In this document: positions 29,868 through 39,988 of the stretch, one piece after another
Layout of the letters: each line of letters starts with the position of its first letter
Position numbering within the stretch: position 1 is the first letter of the stretch
NCBI GenBank assembly: GCA_963727445.1
Contig: CAVSGI010000020.1
Coordinates: 96,001-160,000 of the forward strand
Origin: an uncultured delta proteobacterium
GTDB lineage: Bacteria; Myxococcota_A; Polyangia; Polyangiales; B10-G4
DNA length: 64,000 nucleotides
Direction of reading: 5' to 3'
Made by a program: the position numbers and the translations under genes
The notes under the pieces: model-generated
The model's input: the letters and a program-made list of their open reading frames with translations, nothing else
Database searches by the model: none
What the model was told of the DNA's origin: nothing

Positions 29868-31282
29868 CAATCACCCAGCCAGTCGGTGTGGACGAAGGGA
29901 CCCTCTGGATCGTCGAGGCGCTGATAGGTGTGGGAGCCGAAGGCGTCTCGCTGGGCCTGGGTGAGATTCTGCGGCAGGCGGGCCGAGCGGTAGCTGTCGA
30001 AATAGGCGAGACCCGAGGCCATGCCGGGGACGGGAATGCCGGCCTGCTGCGCCGTCGCGACCACGTCGCGCCAGGCCTGCTGCCGGCTCTCGACGCCCTC
30101 GTGCAGCTCGCTGTCGAGGAGCAGGTTGGGCAGCGCGCGGTTGTTCTCGTAGGCCTTCATGATCGTATCGAGGAAGCGTGCGCGGATGATGCAGCCGCCC
30201 TTCCAGATGCGCGCAACCTCACGAAGATCGATCGACCAGCCGTGCGTCTCGGAGAGCTGGGCGATCAGCGACATCCCCTGCGCGTAGGCGACCACCTTGG
30301 CGGCGTAGAGCGCGTCGTGGACCTTTGCTGCGAACGCGACGGGGTCGTCGATGCGCGCCGGCGCCGGCGGACCCGAGAGCACCTCGGAGGCGTGCACCCG
30401 CTGGCTCTTGAGGCTGGAGAGAACGCGCGCGTCGATCGCGGCCACGATGCTCGGGATCGGGATGCCGTGCTCGATCGCCACCTTGGCAGTCCAGCGACCG
30501 GTGCCCTTCTGCCCGGCCTTGTCGAGCACCGCATCGACGAGGAAGCCGCTGCCCTTCGGGTCGCGCACCTGGAAGATCTTCGCGGTGATCTCGATGAGGA
30601 AGGACTCGAGCGGGCCCTGATTCCAGCCGGAGAAGACCTCGGCCAGGCCGGCCGGGTCGAGGCCACCGACAGTCTTCAGGACGTCGTAGGCCTCCGCGAT
30701 GAACTGCATGTCGGCGTACTCGATGCCGTTGTGCACCATCTTGACGAAGTGCCCCGCGCCGTCGGGCCCGATGTAGGTCACGCAGGGGCCGGAGTCGCTG
30801 CGCGCCGCGATCGCCTCGAGGATGGGCTCGATCTCCGCGTAGGCCTCGCGGTCGCCGCCGGGCATCATCGACGGCCCGTGCCGCGCGCCTTCCTCGCCGC
30901 CGGATACGCCCACGCCGAAGAAGCGGATCCCGTCCTCGGCGGCGCTCTTCTCGCGGCGCCGGGTGTCCTCGTACCACGAGTTGCCGCCGTCGATGACGAT
31001 GTCGCCTTCGTCGAGCAGCGGGCGGAGCTTGTCGAGGACGATGTCCACTGGCTTGCCCGCCTTGATCATCATCATGATCTTGCGCGGCCGCTCGAGTGCG
31101 CCGACGAGCTCTTCGAGCGAGCGGGTGCCGATCAGCTTGCCGCCGCTCTCCTCCACCGCGCTGTCTGTCATCTCCGGCTCGAGGTTGTAGGCGGCGACGC
31201 TGACGTCGTGGTCCAGCAGGTTGAAGGCCAGGTTGCGCCCCATCACCGCCATCCCGATCATTCCGAACTGTGCCTTGCTCAT
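29867..31282 (-). CDS. gndA: NADP-dependent 6-phosphogluconate dehydrogenase
   Basis: GMAVMG, IDGGN, VSGGEEGA, HFVKMVHNGIEY, KGTG, QAQRDAFGSHTY. Confidence 0.97.
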   Translation of the reverse strand: MSKAQFGMIGMAVMGRNLAFNLLDHDVSVAAYNLEPEMTDSAVEESGGKLIGTRSLEELVGALERPRKIMMMIKAGKPVDIVLDKLRPLLDEGDIVIDGGNSWYEDTRRREKSAAEDGIRFFGVGVSGGEEGARHGPSMMPGGDREAYAEIEPILEAIAARSDSGPCVTYIGPDGAGHFVKMVHNGIEYADMQFIAEAYDVLKTVGGLDPAGLAEVFSGWNQGPLESFLIEITAKIFQVRDPKGSGFLVDAVLDKAGQKGTGRWTAKVAIEHGIPIPSIVAAIDARVLSSLKSQRVHASEVLSGPPAPARIDDPVAFAAKVHDALYAAKVVAYAQGMSLIAQLSETHGWSIDLREVARIWKGGCIIRARFLDTIMKAYENNRALPNLLLDSELHEGVESRQQAWRDVVATAQQAGIPVPGMASGLAYFDSYRSARLPQNLTQAQRDAFGSHTYQRLDDPEGPFVHTDWLGD

Positions 31283-32013
31283 GTCTTGTCCTCTGATGTT
31301 TGGGGAGCGAGCTTCGCGGCTGCTTCGTCATCGAGCAGCCAGATCAAGAGCCCGTTGGTCGGTTGAACGCGCGCGGCCGGAAGGACCGGCGCGCCGTCGT
31401 CGATCTGCGCTTTCACTTCTGCGAGGCGCGCGGCCTTGCCTGCACCGGAGACGAGGAAGTAGACCTTCCGCGCCCCCTTGAGCACGGGGAGTCCGAGGCT
31501 CACCCGCTCGGTCGGGGGCACGGGGCTCCGAGTCACGCGGACCCGCTCGCCGCTGTCCAGCTCTGGCGTGCCGGGGAAGAGCGAAGCGGTGTGGCCGTCG
31601 CCGCCCATGCCCAAGAGCACGATGTCGAGCGGTGCGTCGCCCAGCTCCTGCGCGTAGGCACGCGCCGCCTCGGCAGGCGGCAGCTCGCCGCGGATCCGGT
31701 GCACGTTGTCCGCCTCGATGGCGAGAGGATCGAGCAGCGCCTCGCGCGCCATGGCGTAGTTGCTCGACGGATCGTCGGGCGGCACCGCGCGCTCGTCGCC
31801 GAAGAAGACCTCGACCTCGGCCCAGGGAAGGCGCGTGGAGAGCGGAGGCGCGGCGAGGTGCTGATAGACCGGCACCGGCGTGCTCCCACCGGCGAGCGCG
31901 AGGCGACATCGGCCGCGCTCCGCCACGACCTCCTCGATGTCGGCGGCCAAGAGCGCCGCGGCTTCTGCGCTCCACTCGTCCGAAGAAAAGATGCGTAGGT
32001 CGGGAGCAGTCAC
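31279..32013 (-). CDS. pgl: 6-phosphogluconolactonase
   Basis: LAGGSTP, FFGDERAVP, SNY, LGMGGDGHTASLFP. Confidence 0.95.
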   Translation of the reverse strand: MTAPDLRIFSSDEWSAEAAALLAADIEEVVAERGRCRLALAGGSTPVPVYQHLAAPPLSTRLPWAEVEVFFGDERAVPPDDPSSNYAMAREALLDPLAIEADNVHRIRGELPPAEAARAYAQELGDAPLDIVLLGMGGDGHTASLFPGTPELDSGERVRVTRSPVPPTERVSLGLPVLKGARKVYFLVSGAGKAARLAEVKAQIDDGAPVLPAARVQPTNGLLIWLLDDEAAAKLAPQTSEDKT

Positions 32014-32015
32014 CT

Positions 32016-33476
32016 CTACACCGTCTTGCGCTGCCAGATGTCCGACTCGGGGATGGCCAGCTCATCGGCCTCATGCGGTCCCCAGCTGCCCGCGGCGTAG
32101 GAGCACACCGGCGGCGGCGAATCGAGGAGCGGCGCATACACGCGCCACGACTCCTCGACCTCCTCGCCGTGAACGAAGAGCGTCTGATCGCCCTCGAGCA
32201 CGTCGAGAAGGAGGGTCTGATAGGCGTCGGGCATCGCGCCGTCGAAGTGTCCTTCGTAGTCGAAGCGCAAGGGGATGCGTTCGAGGGCGAGCGGTGAGCC
32301 CGGGCGCTTGATGTCGAAGTAGAACGCGAAACCCTCCTGGGGCTGCAGGGTGATGGTCAGCACGTCGGCCGTGTCGAGGTTGTAGTCGTACTGGCGGAAG
32401 AACGACACGGGCGCGCCGCGGAAGCGAACCGCGATCTGCGTCGTCTTGTGCGGCATGCACTTGCCGGTGCGCAAATAGAACGGCACGCCCTGCCATCGCC
32501 AGGAATCCACGAACATGCGCAGGGCCACGAAGGTCTCGGTGTCGGAGCCCGCGGGGACCCCCTCCTCGTCGAGATAGCCCTGAACCAGGTGCCCCTCGAG
32601 CTCGCCGGCGCTGTACTGCCCGCGGACCACGTCCTCGTTCGCGATCGGCCTGAGCGAGCGGAGCACCTTGATCTTCTCGTGGCGGATCGCGTCGGCGGAG
32701 AACGAGCTGGGGACCTCCATGGCCACCAGCGTGAGCAGTTGGGTCATGTGGTTCTGCACCATGTCGCGCAGCGCCCCCGAGTGATCGTAGTAGCTGGCGC
32801 GCGTGCCGACGCCCAGCTCCTCGGCGACGGTGATCTGCACGGCCTCGACCCGCTCGCGATTCCAAGAGGACTCGATGAAGGCGTTGGCCAGGCGAAAGAC
32901 GAGGAGGTTCTGCACCGTCTCTTTGCCCAGGTAGTGATCGATTCGGTACGTCTGCTTTTCACCGAAGTACTCGTGGATGCATTCGTTGAGCACCCGCGCC
33001 GATTCGAGATCGCGACCGAAGGGCTTTTCGACCACGAGGCGCGTCCAGCCTTCCGAACGGTTGAGCCCGGCTTCGCCGAGGCCTCGCACCGTGGGCGCGA
33101 AGGCGCGCGGCGGCAACGCCATGTAGAAGGCGTGGTTGGGCGGGATGTCGTGCTCATGGCCGAGCGCAGCGAGGCGATCGGCGAGTGCGTGGTAGTCCGC
33201 CGGGCCGCCTTCGTGCAGCGGCTGGTAGTGAATGCGCGCGACCGTCGCGTCTACATCCGCCTTCGGCAGCCCCGCGCGCCCCAGCGCCTCACGCGCCTTG
33301 TTGCGAAACGCGCTCTCCTCGACGTCGGAGCGCCCGACCGCGACGATGCGGAAGCGAGGGTCCAGTTGATTCTCTGCGTCCAGTCGGCACAGCGCCGGGA
33401 GCAGCTTGCGAAGAGACAGATCCCCGGTTCCGCCGAAGATGACGAAGAGTGAGGGCTCGGTTTCGATCTCGGTCAT
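32016..33476 (-). CDS. zwf: Glucose-6-phosphate 1-dehydrogenase
   Basis: FGGTGDL, EKPFG, RIDHYLGKETVQN, RDMVQNH, RWQGVPFYLRTGK. Confidence 0.97.
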   Translation of the reverse strand: MTEIETEPSLFVIFGGTGDLSLRKLLPALCRLDAENQLDPRFRIVAVGRSDVEESAFRNKAREALGRAGLPKADVDATVARIHYQPLHEGGPADYHALADRLAALGHEHDIPPNHAFYMALPPRAFAPTVRGLGEAGLNRSEGWTRLVVEKPFGRDLESARVLNECIHEYFGEKQTYRIDHYLGKETVQNLLVFRLANAFIESSWNRERVEAVQITVAEELGVGTRASYYDHSGALRDMVQNHMTQLLTLVAMEVPSSFSADAIRHEKIKVLRSLRPIANEDVVRGQYSAGELEGHLVQGYLDEEGVPAGSDTETFVALRMFVDSWRWQGVPFYLRTGKCMPHKTTQIAVRFRGAPVSFFRQYDYNLDTADVLTITLQPQEGFAFYFDIKRPGSPLALERIPLRFDYEGHFDGAMPDAYQTLLLDVLEGDQTLFVHGEEVEESWRVYAPLLDSPPPVCSYAAGSWGPHEADELAIPESDIWQRKTV

Positions 33477-33697
33477 GCGCAGTCGTCCCCCGATGGTGGG
33501 GCGGTAGGGTAACTCCAATAGGCGCGAGGGGATCGAATGCACTCGCCGTGGGGATCGGGGCATCGCGTTCGCTCGGCTGGCAGGGAAAGATGAAGGATTT
33601 TCGCTGAGATCAGCGCGTTACTCCGCTGCCATCGAGTCGAATCGCCGCTTTTCCCGCAACCCACCCCGACTCGTTCCGAAAAGGGCGCATCTGGGAG

Positions 33698-34849
33698 GTG
33701 GCCATGCTCGGTCGAATCTGCTTCTGCGTGTCTTTCGTCATCCTCGTTCCGTGGCTGAACGCCTGCGCCATCAGTCATCGCTATGCGACCGACGATGTCG
33801 CGACCATCCATCCGCTCGCGGGGCAGCGCATGGTCGTGCCGGCGCTGATGGACGCCCGGGACAACGGGCGGCCAGTGAGCGGCGAAGCAGCCACCGAGTC
33901 CGCCAGCGAGGAGATGGAAGAGCTGCGCGCGTCGGTCGGCGAGCACGTGAGCCGCGCGGGCGTCGAGGCCCTCACCGCGCCGGCGCCGCAGAGCGCCGAG
34001 GACGTCGCGGCGCTGCTCGCTCGGGCCCGCGACGCGGGCGTGCGCGAGGTCATGTTCATTCGCTATCACGGCTCCGGCTTCGGCGTGGTGTGCGCGTCCA
34101 CGGCCTCGCTCGTGTTCCTCGCGGTCGTTCCCTACTTGGTCATCCAAACGCTCCCGCTGAGTCGTCAGGCCGCGATCGCCGGCTTCGAAGCCTTCGTCGT
34201 CGACCCGGTGACCGGAGAGGTCGTGGCGGGCGCGAGCCGCTTCATCGCCGGCCACGACCACGTGAACCAGTGGCGCTGCCATCGCGACAACCTCGTGCAC
34301 GACGTACTCCGCACCGCCGTCGACGACGTCCTCGGAGACATCGCCGCGCAGCGCGCCGACGACTACCCGCATCGCTTCCGGCCGATCGACGTGGCGTCGT
34401 TCGTCGCGGGCGCGCCCGAGGTGCGTGTCCAGGGCGGCCGCGTTCACGGTCTGGGCTGGTCACATCCACTCCCCGCGGGTTGGACCTTCGACCCCAGCAT
34501 CGGCGTGCACGGCGGTGCGCGGGGACCGGGCGGCACCGAGCTGGTCGCCGACGTCGGCTACTGCATCGGCGGCACCCGCCGCTGCGCCACCATCTACCAG
34601 CGAGAGCTGCGGCGCGCCGGTGAGGAGATCGTCGAGCGCGTCGACATCGAGGATCGTGGTCTGCCCGCCGCTCAGATCGAGTCGCGGCGCCCCGACGGCA
34701 CCCGCGTCCTGCTCGGCGTGGTCGGCGACGAGGGAGTCACCGTCCAGCTGCGCTGCGCCGCGCCGCCGGGCGCTCCCGAACACGAGCTCGGCGCGTGTCA
34801 GCAGGCCTTCGCCGGCGCCACCTGGCACGTGTCGCACGTCCAGCGCTGA
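33698..34849 (+). CDS. Hypothetical lipoprotein
   Basis: WLNA-C lipobox, internal hydrophobic segment, C-terminal PsbP-like region. Confidence 0.7.
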   Translation: MAMLGRICFCVSFVILVPWLNACAISHRYATDDVATIHPLAGQRMVVPALMDARDNGRPVSGEAATESASEEMEELRASVGEHVSRAGVEALTAPAPQSAEDVAALLARARDAGVREVMFIRYHGSGFGVVCASTASLVFLAVVPYLVIQTLPLSRQAAIAGFEAFVVDPVTGEVVAGASRFIAGHDHVNQWRCHRDNLVHDVLRTAVDDVLGDIAAQRADDYPHRFRPIDVASFVAGAPEVRVQGGRVHGLGWSHPLPAGWTFDPSIGVHGGARGPGGTELVADVGYCIGGTRRCATIYQRELRRAGEEIVERVDIEDRGLPAAQIESRRPDGTRVLLGVVGDEGVTVQLRCAAPPGAPEHELGACQQAFAGATWHVSHVQR

Positions 34850-34866
34850 GACCAGGCGTGAAGCTA

Positions 34867-35026
34867 ACGGGGACGGTCTACACTTTTCAACTTTCGCCCC
34901 GCCCGCCGGTTCCCAAGCAAGGGCATGCCCGCGGCCCCCGAAAGTTGAAAAGTGTAGACCGTCCCCGTCGCGCGGCCCTCCCCGTCGCGCGGCCCCCGAA
35001 AGTTGAAAAGTGTAGACCGTCCCCGT
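34867..35026. repeat. REPIN-like cluster of three 30-bp copies (one +, two -)
   Basis: ACGGGGACGGTCTACACTTTTCAACTTTCG at 34867-34896; exact reverse complements at 34939-34968 and 34997-35026. Confidence 0.95.
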
Positions 35027-35203
35027 CAAGCGCTGAGGACGTGCGAGCGGATGGTGAGGGAGTGAAACAGGGTTGCGTCCCGACGGTGCCCCTCCATACT
35101 CCGCGCTCCGAAAGGGGAGCGAATGCGTCACGGAAAGCACCATCGGCCGGTCGGCCGGATCATCGAGGCTCCAGGCCTGCTCGCGGAATTCGAAGAGAAA
35201 GAG

Positions 35204-36292
35204 ATGTCGCGGCGGGCGATCCTCAAGGGAGCGATCGCCAGCTCGGCGGCGGCTCTCGCCGGGGGCGCCCTCGCGGGCTGCAGTGATCCAGCGCGTGGCC
35301 CGGTGGGTGATGCTGGCGCCGGTGACACCGCGACGGCCGACACGGGGGTCGAGGACACGGCCATGCCGCCGCCCCCCACCCACCTCGTCGGCATGGGCTA
35401 CGACCCCGACTACATGACCGCTTTCGACGCGGCGATGAGCGAGACCGTCAACCTCTCCTTCATCGAGCCGGGCGACACCGTCTACTTCAAGGTCAACTGC
35501 AACAACGGCGACCTCTATCCCCACTCGACCAACCCCGATCTGATCACCGAGCTCGTGAACCGGTGCCGCGACGCGGGTGCCTCGCGCATCCTGGTGGGTG
35601 ACCGCTCCTTCTGGGGCGACACCAACACCATCGGGAACATGCGCGCCAACGGCGTGCTGGGCGCCGCTCAGGACGCGGGCGCCGAGGTCCTGGTCTTCGA
35701 CGACGACGCGGTCGAGTGGGTGGTGCTCCCCGAGACCGAGGCGCCGACCTGGAACGGCGGATTCTCTCTGCCAGTCCCGGTGATGGAGGCCGAACACATC
35801 ATCAACCTGCCGTGCCTCAAGACGCACTTCATCGCGTACTTCACGCTCTCGCTGAAGAACAGCCTGGGCCTGGTGAACCCGGTGGACCGCATGCGCACGG
35901 GCAACCTCGACGTGCATACCGACCGGCTCTGGGCTCAGATCGCCGAGGTGAACGCGCACTTCACTCCGTCGCTGAACATCCTCGACGGCCACCAGGCGCT
36001 CATCACCGGCGGCCCGACGCGCTTCGACGGCGCCGGCCCCACCTACGACACGCCGAACGTGATCATCGTCTCTCCCGACCGGATCGCGACCGACGTGATG
36101 GGCATCTCGGTGCTCCAGACCCTGTCGCCCTCGAGCGAGGAGGTCACGCAGCGCGCGGCCTGGCAGATGCCTCAGATCCAACAGGCCGTGGATCACGGTC
36201 TGGGCATCACCGGACCCGAGATGCTCGACGTCTCCGGCCCCACCGTGACCATGCTCGAGACCTACATGACCAACGCCCGTCGCACGGCGTGA
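35204..36292 (+). CDS. Tat-exported DUF362 domain lipoprotein
   Basis: SRRAILK Tat motif, LAG-C lipobox; GDTVYFKVN, TNP, INLPCLKTH, TLSLKN, DRIATD. Confidence 0.85.
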   Translation: MSRRAILKGAIASSAAALAGGALAGCSDPARGPVGDAGAGDTATADTGVEDTAMPPPPTHLVGMGYDPDYMTAFDAAMSETVNLSFIEPGDTVYFKVNCNNGDLYPHSTNPDLITELVNRCRDAGASRILVGDRSFWGDTNTIGNMRANGVLGAAQDAGAEVLVFDDDAVEWVVLPETEAPTWNGGFSLPVPVMEAEHIINLPCLKTHFIAYFTLSLKNSLGLVNPVDRMRTGNLDVHTDRLWAQIAEVNAHFTPSLNILDGHQALITGGPTRFDGAGPTYDTPNVIIVSPDRIATDVMGISVLQTLSPSSEEVTQRAAWQMPQIQQAVDHGLGITGPEMLDVSGPTVTMLETYMTNARRTA

Positions 36293-36300
36293 GCCCCTGA

Positions 36301-36333
36301 TAAATCGGTTGATTTAAAATAGGTCCGACTTAT
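36301..36333. promoter_or_regulatory. Probable FadR/GntR operator and promoter
   Basis: AT-rich island with TAAATC-N4-GATTTA and near-palindrome ATAGGTC-C-GACTTAT immediately upstream of the GntR gene. Confidence 0.65.
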
Positions 36334-36344
36334 AACGAAGGGCG

Positions 36345-37091
36345 ATGAGCCCTTCGCGGAAGGCGGATCAGGTCGCTGACGACATCCTTCGAGGGATTGT
36401 TTCCGGTGAGATCTCGGTGGGTTCGCTCCTCCCCAAGGAGGTCGAGCTCGCCGAGCAGTACGGGGTGAACCGCAGCGTCGTCCGCGAGGCGATCAAGCTC
36501 CTCGAGGTCCACGGCCTCGTCCAGCCGCGGCGCCGGCGCGGCACCGAGGTGCTCGATCCGATGGCCTCCCTGAGCCCAGAGGTGATGGAGCGGATGCTCA
36601 TCCCCGCGCCGGGCCAGGTCGACCCGAAGGCCCTCGCGGAGTTTCTCGAGGTGCGGGCCTCCCTCGACCGACAGATGAGCGTGCTCGCCGCCGAGCGCCG
36701 CACCGAGGCGGATCTCGACGCCCTCGACGCATGCGTCGAGGCGCTTCAGGGCGCGGTCGACGACCCGCAAGCGTACGACCATGGCGTCGACCACTTCGCG
36801 CTCCTCGTCGCGCGCGCGAGCCACAACCGACTCTTCGAGATGCTGGTGCACTGGAACCAGCGAGTCGCACGTGAGCTCAGCGACGTCTTCCGGGTCGCGC
36901 GCCCGATCGGCGCACCCCACGCGCTGGGCCTCGGCCTCATCACGCAGATGATCCGAGAGCAGCGCGCCGAAGAGCTCGGCCCGCTGGTCAGCGCCTACCA
37001 CGCGTGGGCGATCCCCCGTTTGATGGCAGCGGCCGCGCTCCGTGGCGGCTCTCCCCTTTCATCGATCGCCGTCCCGGCGAGCGAGGAGTGA
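36345..37091 (+). CDS. GntR/FadR-family transcriptional regulator (FCD domain)
   Basis: GSLLPKEVELAEQYGVNRSVVREAIKLLE..GLV; ARASHN. Confidence 0.93.
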   Translation: MSPSRKADQVADDILRGIVSGEISVGSLLPKEVELAEQYGVNRSVVREAIKLLEVHGLVQPRRRRGTEVLDPMASLSPEVMERMLIPAPGQVDPKALAEFLEVRASLDRQMSVLAAERRTEADLDALDACVEALQGAVDDPQAYDHGVDHFALLVARASHNRLFEMLVHWNQRVARELSDVFRVARPIGAPHALGLGLITQMIREQRAEELGPLVSAYHAWAIPRLMAAAALRGGSPLSSIAVPASEE

Positions 37092-37099
37092 GTGAAGAC

Positions 37100-38833
37100 A
37101 TGCAGACCCCAACGAGCCAGGAAACTCATGAGGAGGTGCCCGAGCGACGGAGCGGCAAAGGCTCGCTGCGCTGGGTCGACGACGTTCGTGTCCTGCGCCT
37201 CGTGGGCAGCTTCTACGAGATGGGCCACCAGCACGGGGAGCTCCTCGCGTCGGACATCGAGCGGGGGCCGATCCCCTACTACCGCACCTACATCGAGCAG
37301 ATTGCGCAGCAGGCGGCGCCGCTCGGTCCCGCCAGCGGTCTTGTCTTTCCGCTGATCCGTCGGACCATCGGCCGCCGCGTCGCCGAGCGCATGCCCGCCT
37401 TCGTGACGGAGACGCTGCGGGGGCTCTCGGACGGCGCCCGAATGCCCTACGAGGATCTCCTCGACGGCTGTGTGATGCCCGATTCGCTGCTCTGGCTCTC
37501 GGCGCGTGCAATGACGCTCTCGGGTCGCGGGCCGGCGGTCGCCCATCGCCTCGCCCTCGGCCTCGGCTGCACCAGCGCCATCGCCTGGGGCGACGCCACC
37601 ACCGACGGATCGCTCCTGCACGCGCGCAACTTCGACTATCACGGCGTGGGCATCTGGCCCGCCACCAAGACGGTGATCTTCCACCAGCCCGACGAGGGCC
37701 AGGCCTATCTCTCGATCGCCGCCGCCGGCGTCGCCCTCGGCGGCGTCACCGCGATGAACGAAGCGGGTCTCACGCTCACGGTCCATCAGCACATGTTCAC
37801 CGACGCGACCCGCCTCGGCGGGACGCCCATCGGCGTCGTCGGCGACATCGTGATGCGCGAGGCGAAGAACATCGACGACGCCGAGCGGATCCTCTCCGCG
37901 CACCGACCGATCGGCTGCTGGACCTACCTGGTCACCGACGGAAAGACGCGCGAGGTGCTCTGCTACGAGGAGAACCCGGACCGGCGCGTCTCGTTCCGCT
38001 ACGGCGAAGGCGAGCCCACCTTCGGTTACGCCAACATCTACCTCGACCCGGAGCTGGGCGCGACCGAGCAGAACCTCTACGGCTCGTATTGGCGGCACAA
38101 CCAGGGGCGACACCGCCGCGTGAACGCGCTCCTCGAGGAGCGGCGCGGTGCGCTCGACCCGCAGGGCATGGCGTCGATCCTCGGTGACACCGGCGACGCG
38201 CGCTGCCGCATCCGCGACTCCATCGCCATGGTGATGACCACCGGCTCGGTCGTCTTCCGGCCCGAGACCGGCGAGGCGTGGGTCGGCACCGGGGACACCC
38301 CCACCAGTCACGGGCGCTTTTTGCCATTCAGCCTGGACAAGCGCGACCACGCCCCCGAAGCGGGGGTCCTCGAAGTCGGCTCGGCGGTCGACGAGGTCGA
38401 GCGCGCCGCCTTCGAACGCTATCGCCGTGCTTACGTCTCCTACCTCGAAGAGGAGGACCTTCCGGCGGCGCGGCGCCACATGAAGGAGGCGGTCGAGCTC
38501 GCACCCGAGCAGCCCGTCTACCACTTCGTTCGCGGCGTGATGGCGCTACAGGCGGCGGACGCGAATCTCGCCGAGGCCTGTTTGAGCGAAGCGCTGGCCC
38601 TCGGTCATCCCGACCCCGAGCGCGTCGCCGCCTTCCATCTCTTTCGCGGGCGCGCGCGCGATCTCCTCGGTGACCGCAAGGGCGCCTGCGGCGACTACCG
38701 TCTGGCGCTCGGCCACTACGCCGACGCGCCGGTGCACGCCGCGGCCAAGAAGAACCTCGACAAGCCGTTCGGTGCGAGGGCGCTCGGCCGACTGCGCCTC
38801 GACATGTCCCTCGGTGACGTGATCAGCCCGTAG
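37100..38833 (+). CDS. C45-family autoproteolytic acyltransferase/amidase with a C-terminal TPR region
   Basis: YEMGHQHG; G|CTSAIAWGDATTDGSLLHARNFD; MNEAGL. Confidence 0.88.
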   Translation: MQTPTSQETHEEVPERRSGKGSLRWVDDVRVLRLVGSFYEMGHQHGELLASDIERGPIPYYRTYIEQIAQQAAPLGPASGLVFPLIRRTIGRRVAERMPAFVTETLRGLSDGARMPYEDLLDGCVMPDSLLWLSARAMTLSGRGPAVAHRLALGLGCTSAIAWGDATTDGSLLHARNFDYHGVGIWPATKTVIFHQPDEGQAYLSIAAAGVALGGVTAMNEAGLTLTVHQHMFTDATRLGGTPIGVVGDIVMREAKNIDDAERILSAHRPIGCWTYLVTDGKTREVLCYEENPDRRVSFRYGEGEPTFGYANIYLDPELGATEQNLYGSYWRHNQGRHRRVNALLEERRGALDPQGMASILGDTGDARCRIRDSIAMVMTTGSVVFRPETGEAWVGTGDTPTSHGRFLPFSLDKRDHAPEAGVLEVGSAVDEVERAAFERYRRAYVSYLEEEDLPAARRHMKEAVELAPEQPVYHFVRGVMALQAADANLAEACLSEALALGHPDPERVAAFHLFRGRARDLLGDRKGACGDYRLALGHYADAPVHAAAKKNLDKPFGARALGRLRLDMSLGDVISP

Positions 38834-38842
38834 CGCGCCGGT

Positions 38843-39937
38843 TCAGTCGAGGGAGATGGCGGCGGCTCGATCGAGGATCGTCCGGACGTCTTCGAGCGGG
38901 AGCGCGGGCGCGTGGTGGCCGTCGACGCCGGTGATGGGTCCAGCGGCGCAGAGCGCGTTGAGGATGGCCTCCTCGGTCGTCTCGATCGCCGCTTCGTAGA
39001 GTTGATTCAACCCCGGGTCGAGGAGGAACTCCACCTTGGCGATCATCTCCTGGGTCTGCCGAGGCACCGTATTCGCAGTGGAGAACGACACGACGATCTC
39101 CCCCGAGCCGTGTGCCGCGAAGGAGCCCACCCGCCCGATCCCGAGCGCGACCCGCTTGGAGACGCGCGCGAGCTGGTGGGGGAGGAGAGGCGCGTCGGTC
39201 GCCAGGACGGCGATGATGCTTCCGTAGGAGTGCTCTCGCTTCTCGACGTCCTCGAAGCGCGGGGTCAGGAGGTTGCCGACCGGGGTGCCCATCATCCGCA
39301 GGTCGCGCAGATGGCCGAAGTTGCTCATCACGAGCACGCCGAGCACGTAGCCGCCGGCCTCCAGCGGGAGGACGCGTGAGGCGGTGCCGATGCCGCCCGA
39401 GAGGTCGCAGGTCACCATCCCCGTCCCGCCGCCGACGTTGCCTTCGGCGACGGGGCCGCTCGTGGCGGTCATGATGGCTTCGAAGGCGTGCTCCTTCTTC
39501 ACGTGCCGCGCACGCGCGTCGTTCAGCCAGGAGTCGTCGCACTCCCCGACCACCGGGATGACCACATCGTGGATGCTCCCGATGCCCGGGAAGCGATCCA
39601 TCATGTACTCGACGACCGCGTTGGAGACGCGTCCCACCGCGAGGGTGTTGGTGAGGAGGATCGGCGTCTCGATCACTCCCCACTCCAGCACCTGGGTGAG
39701 CCCGGCGATTTCACCGGCGCCGTTGAGGACGAAGCCGCTGCCGACGATGCGTTCCTCGAAGATGTTGCCGTCGTTCGGCAGGATGGCCGTCACGCCGGTA
39801 CGCGCCGGGCCGGTGCCCTCCGAGCCCTCCGACAGGACGGTGGAGTGGCCGACGCGGACGCCGGTGACGTCGGTGATGGCGTTGTGGGGGCCCGGCTCGA
39901 AACGGCCGAAGCGATGTCCGAGATCGCGAAAGCGCAT
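38843..39937 (-). CDS. dmpA: DmpA-like P1/S58 aminopeptidase
   Basis: NAITDV.GVRVGH, ECDDSWLND, GNVGGGTGM, GGIGTASR, SNFG, G|SII. Confidence 0.9.
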   Translation of the reverse strand: MRFRDLGHRFGRFEPGPHNAITDVTGVRVGHSTVLSEGSEGTGPARTGVTAILPNDGNIFEERIVGSGFVLNGAGEIAGLTQVLEWGVIETPILLTNTLAVGRVSNAVVEYMMDRFPGIGSIHDVVIPVVGECDDSWLNDARARHVKKEHAFEAIMTATSGPVAEGNVGGGTGMVTCDLSGGIGTASRVLPLEAGGYVLGVLVMSNFGHLRDLRMMGTPVGNLLTPRFEDVEKREHSYGSIIAVLATDAPLLPHQLARVSKRVALGIGRVGSFAAHGSGEIVVSFSTANTVPRQTQEMIAKVEFLLDPGLNQLYEAAIETTEEAILNALCAAGPITGVDGHHAPALPLEDVRTILDRAAAISLD

Positions 39938-39988
39938 GGCGCAGCTTACTCCAGGCCCGAGTTCTCCGAGAGATCGGATGTGGATGGT

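Noticed and set aside
34842..35037. 9-bp AGCGCTGAG target-site duplication around the REPIN
   Set aside because: The copies sit asymmetrically (16 versus 2 bp from the repeat ends), so this may be chance.
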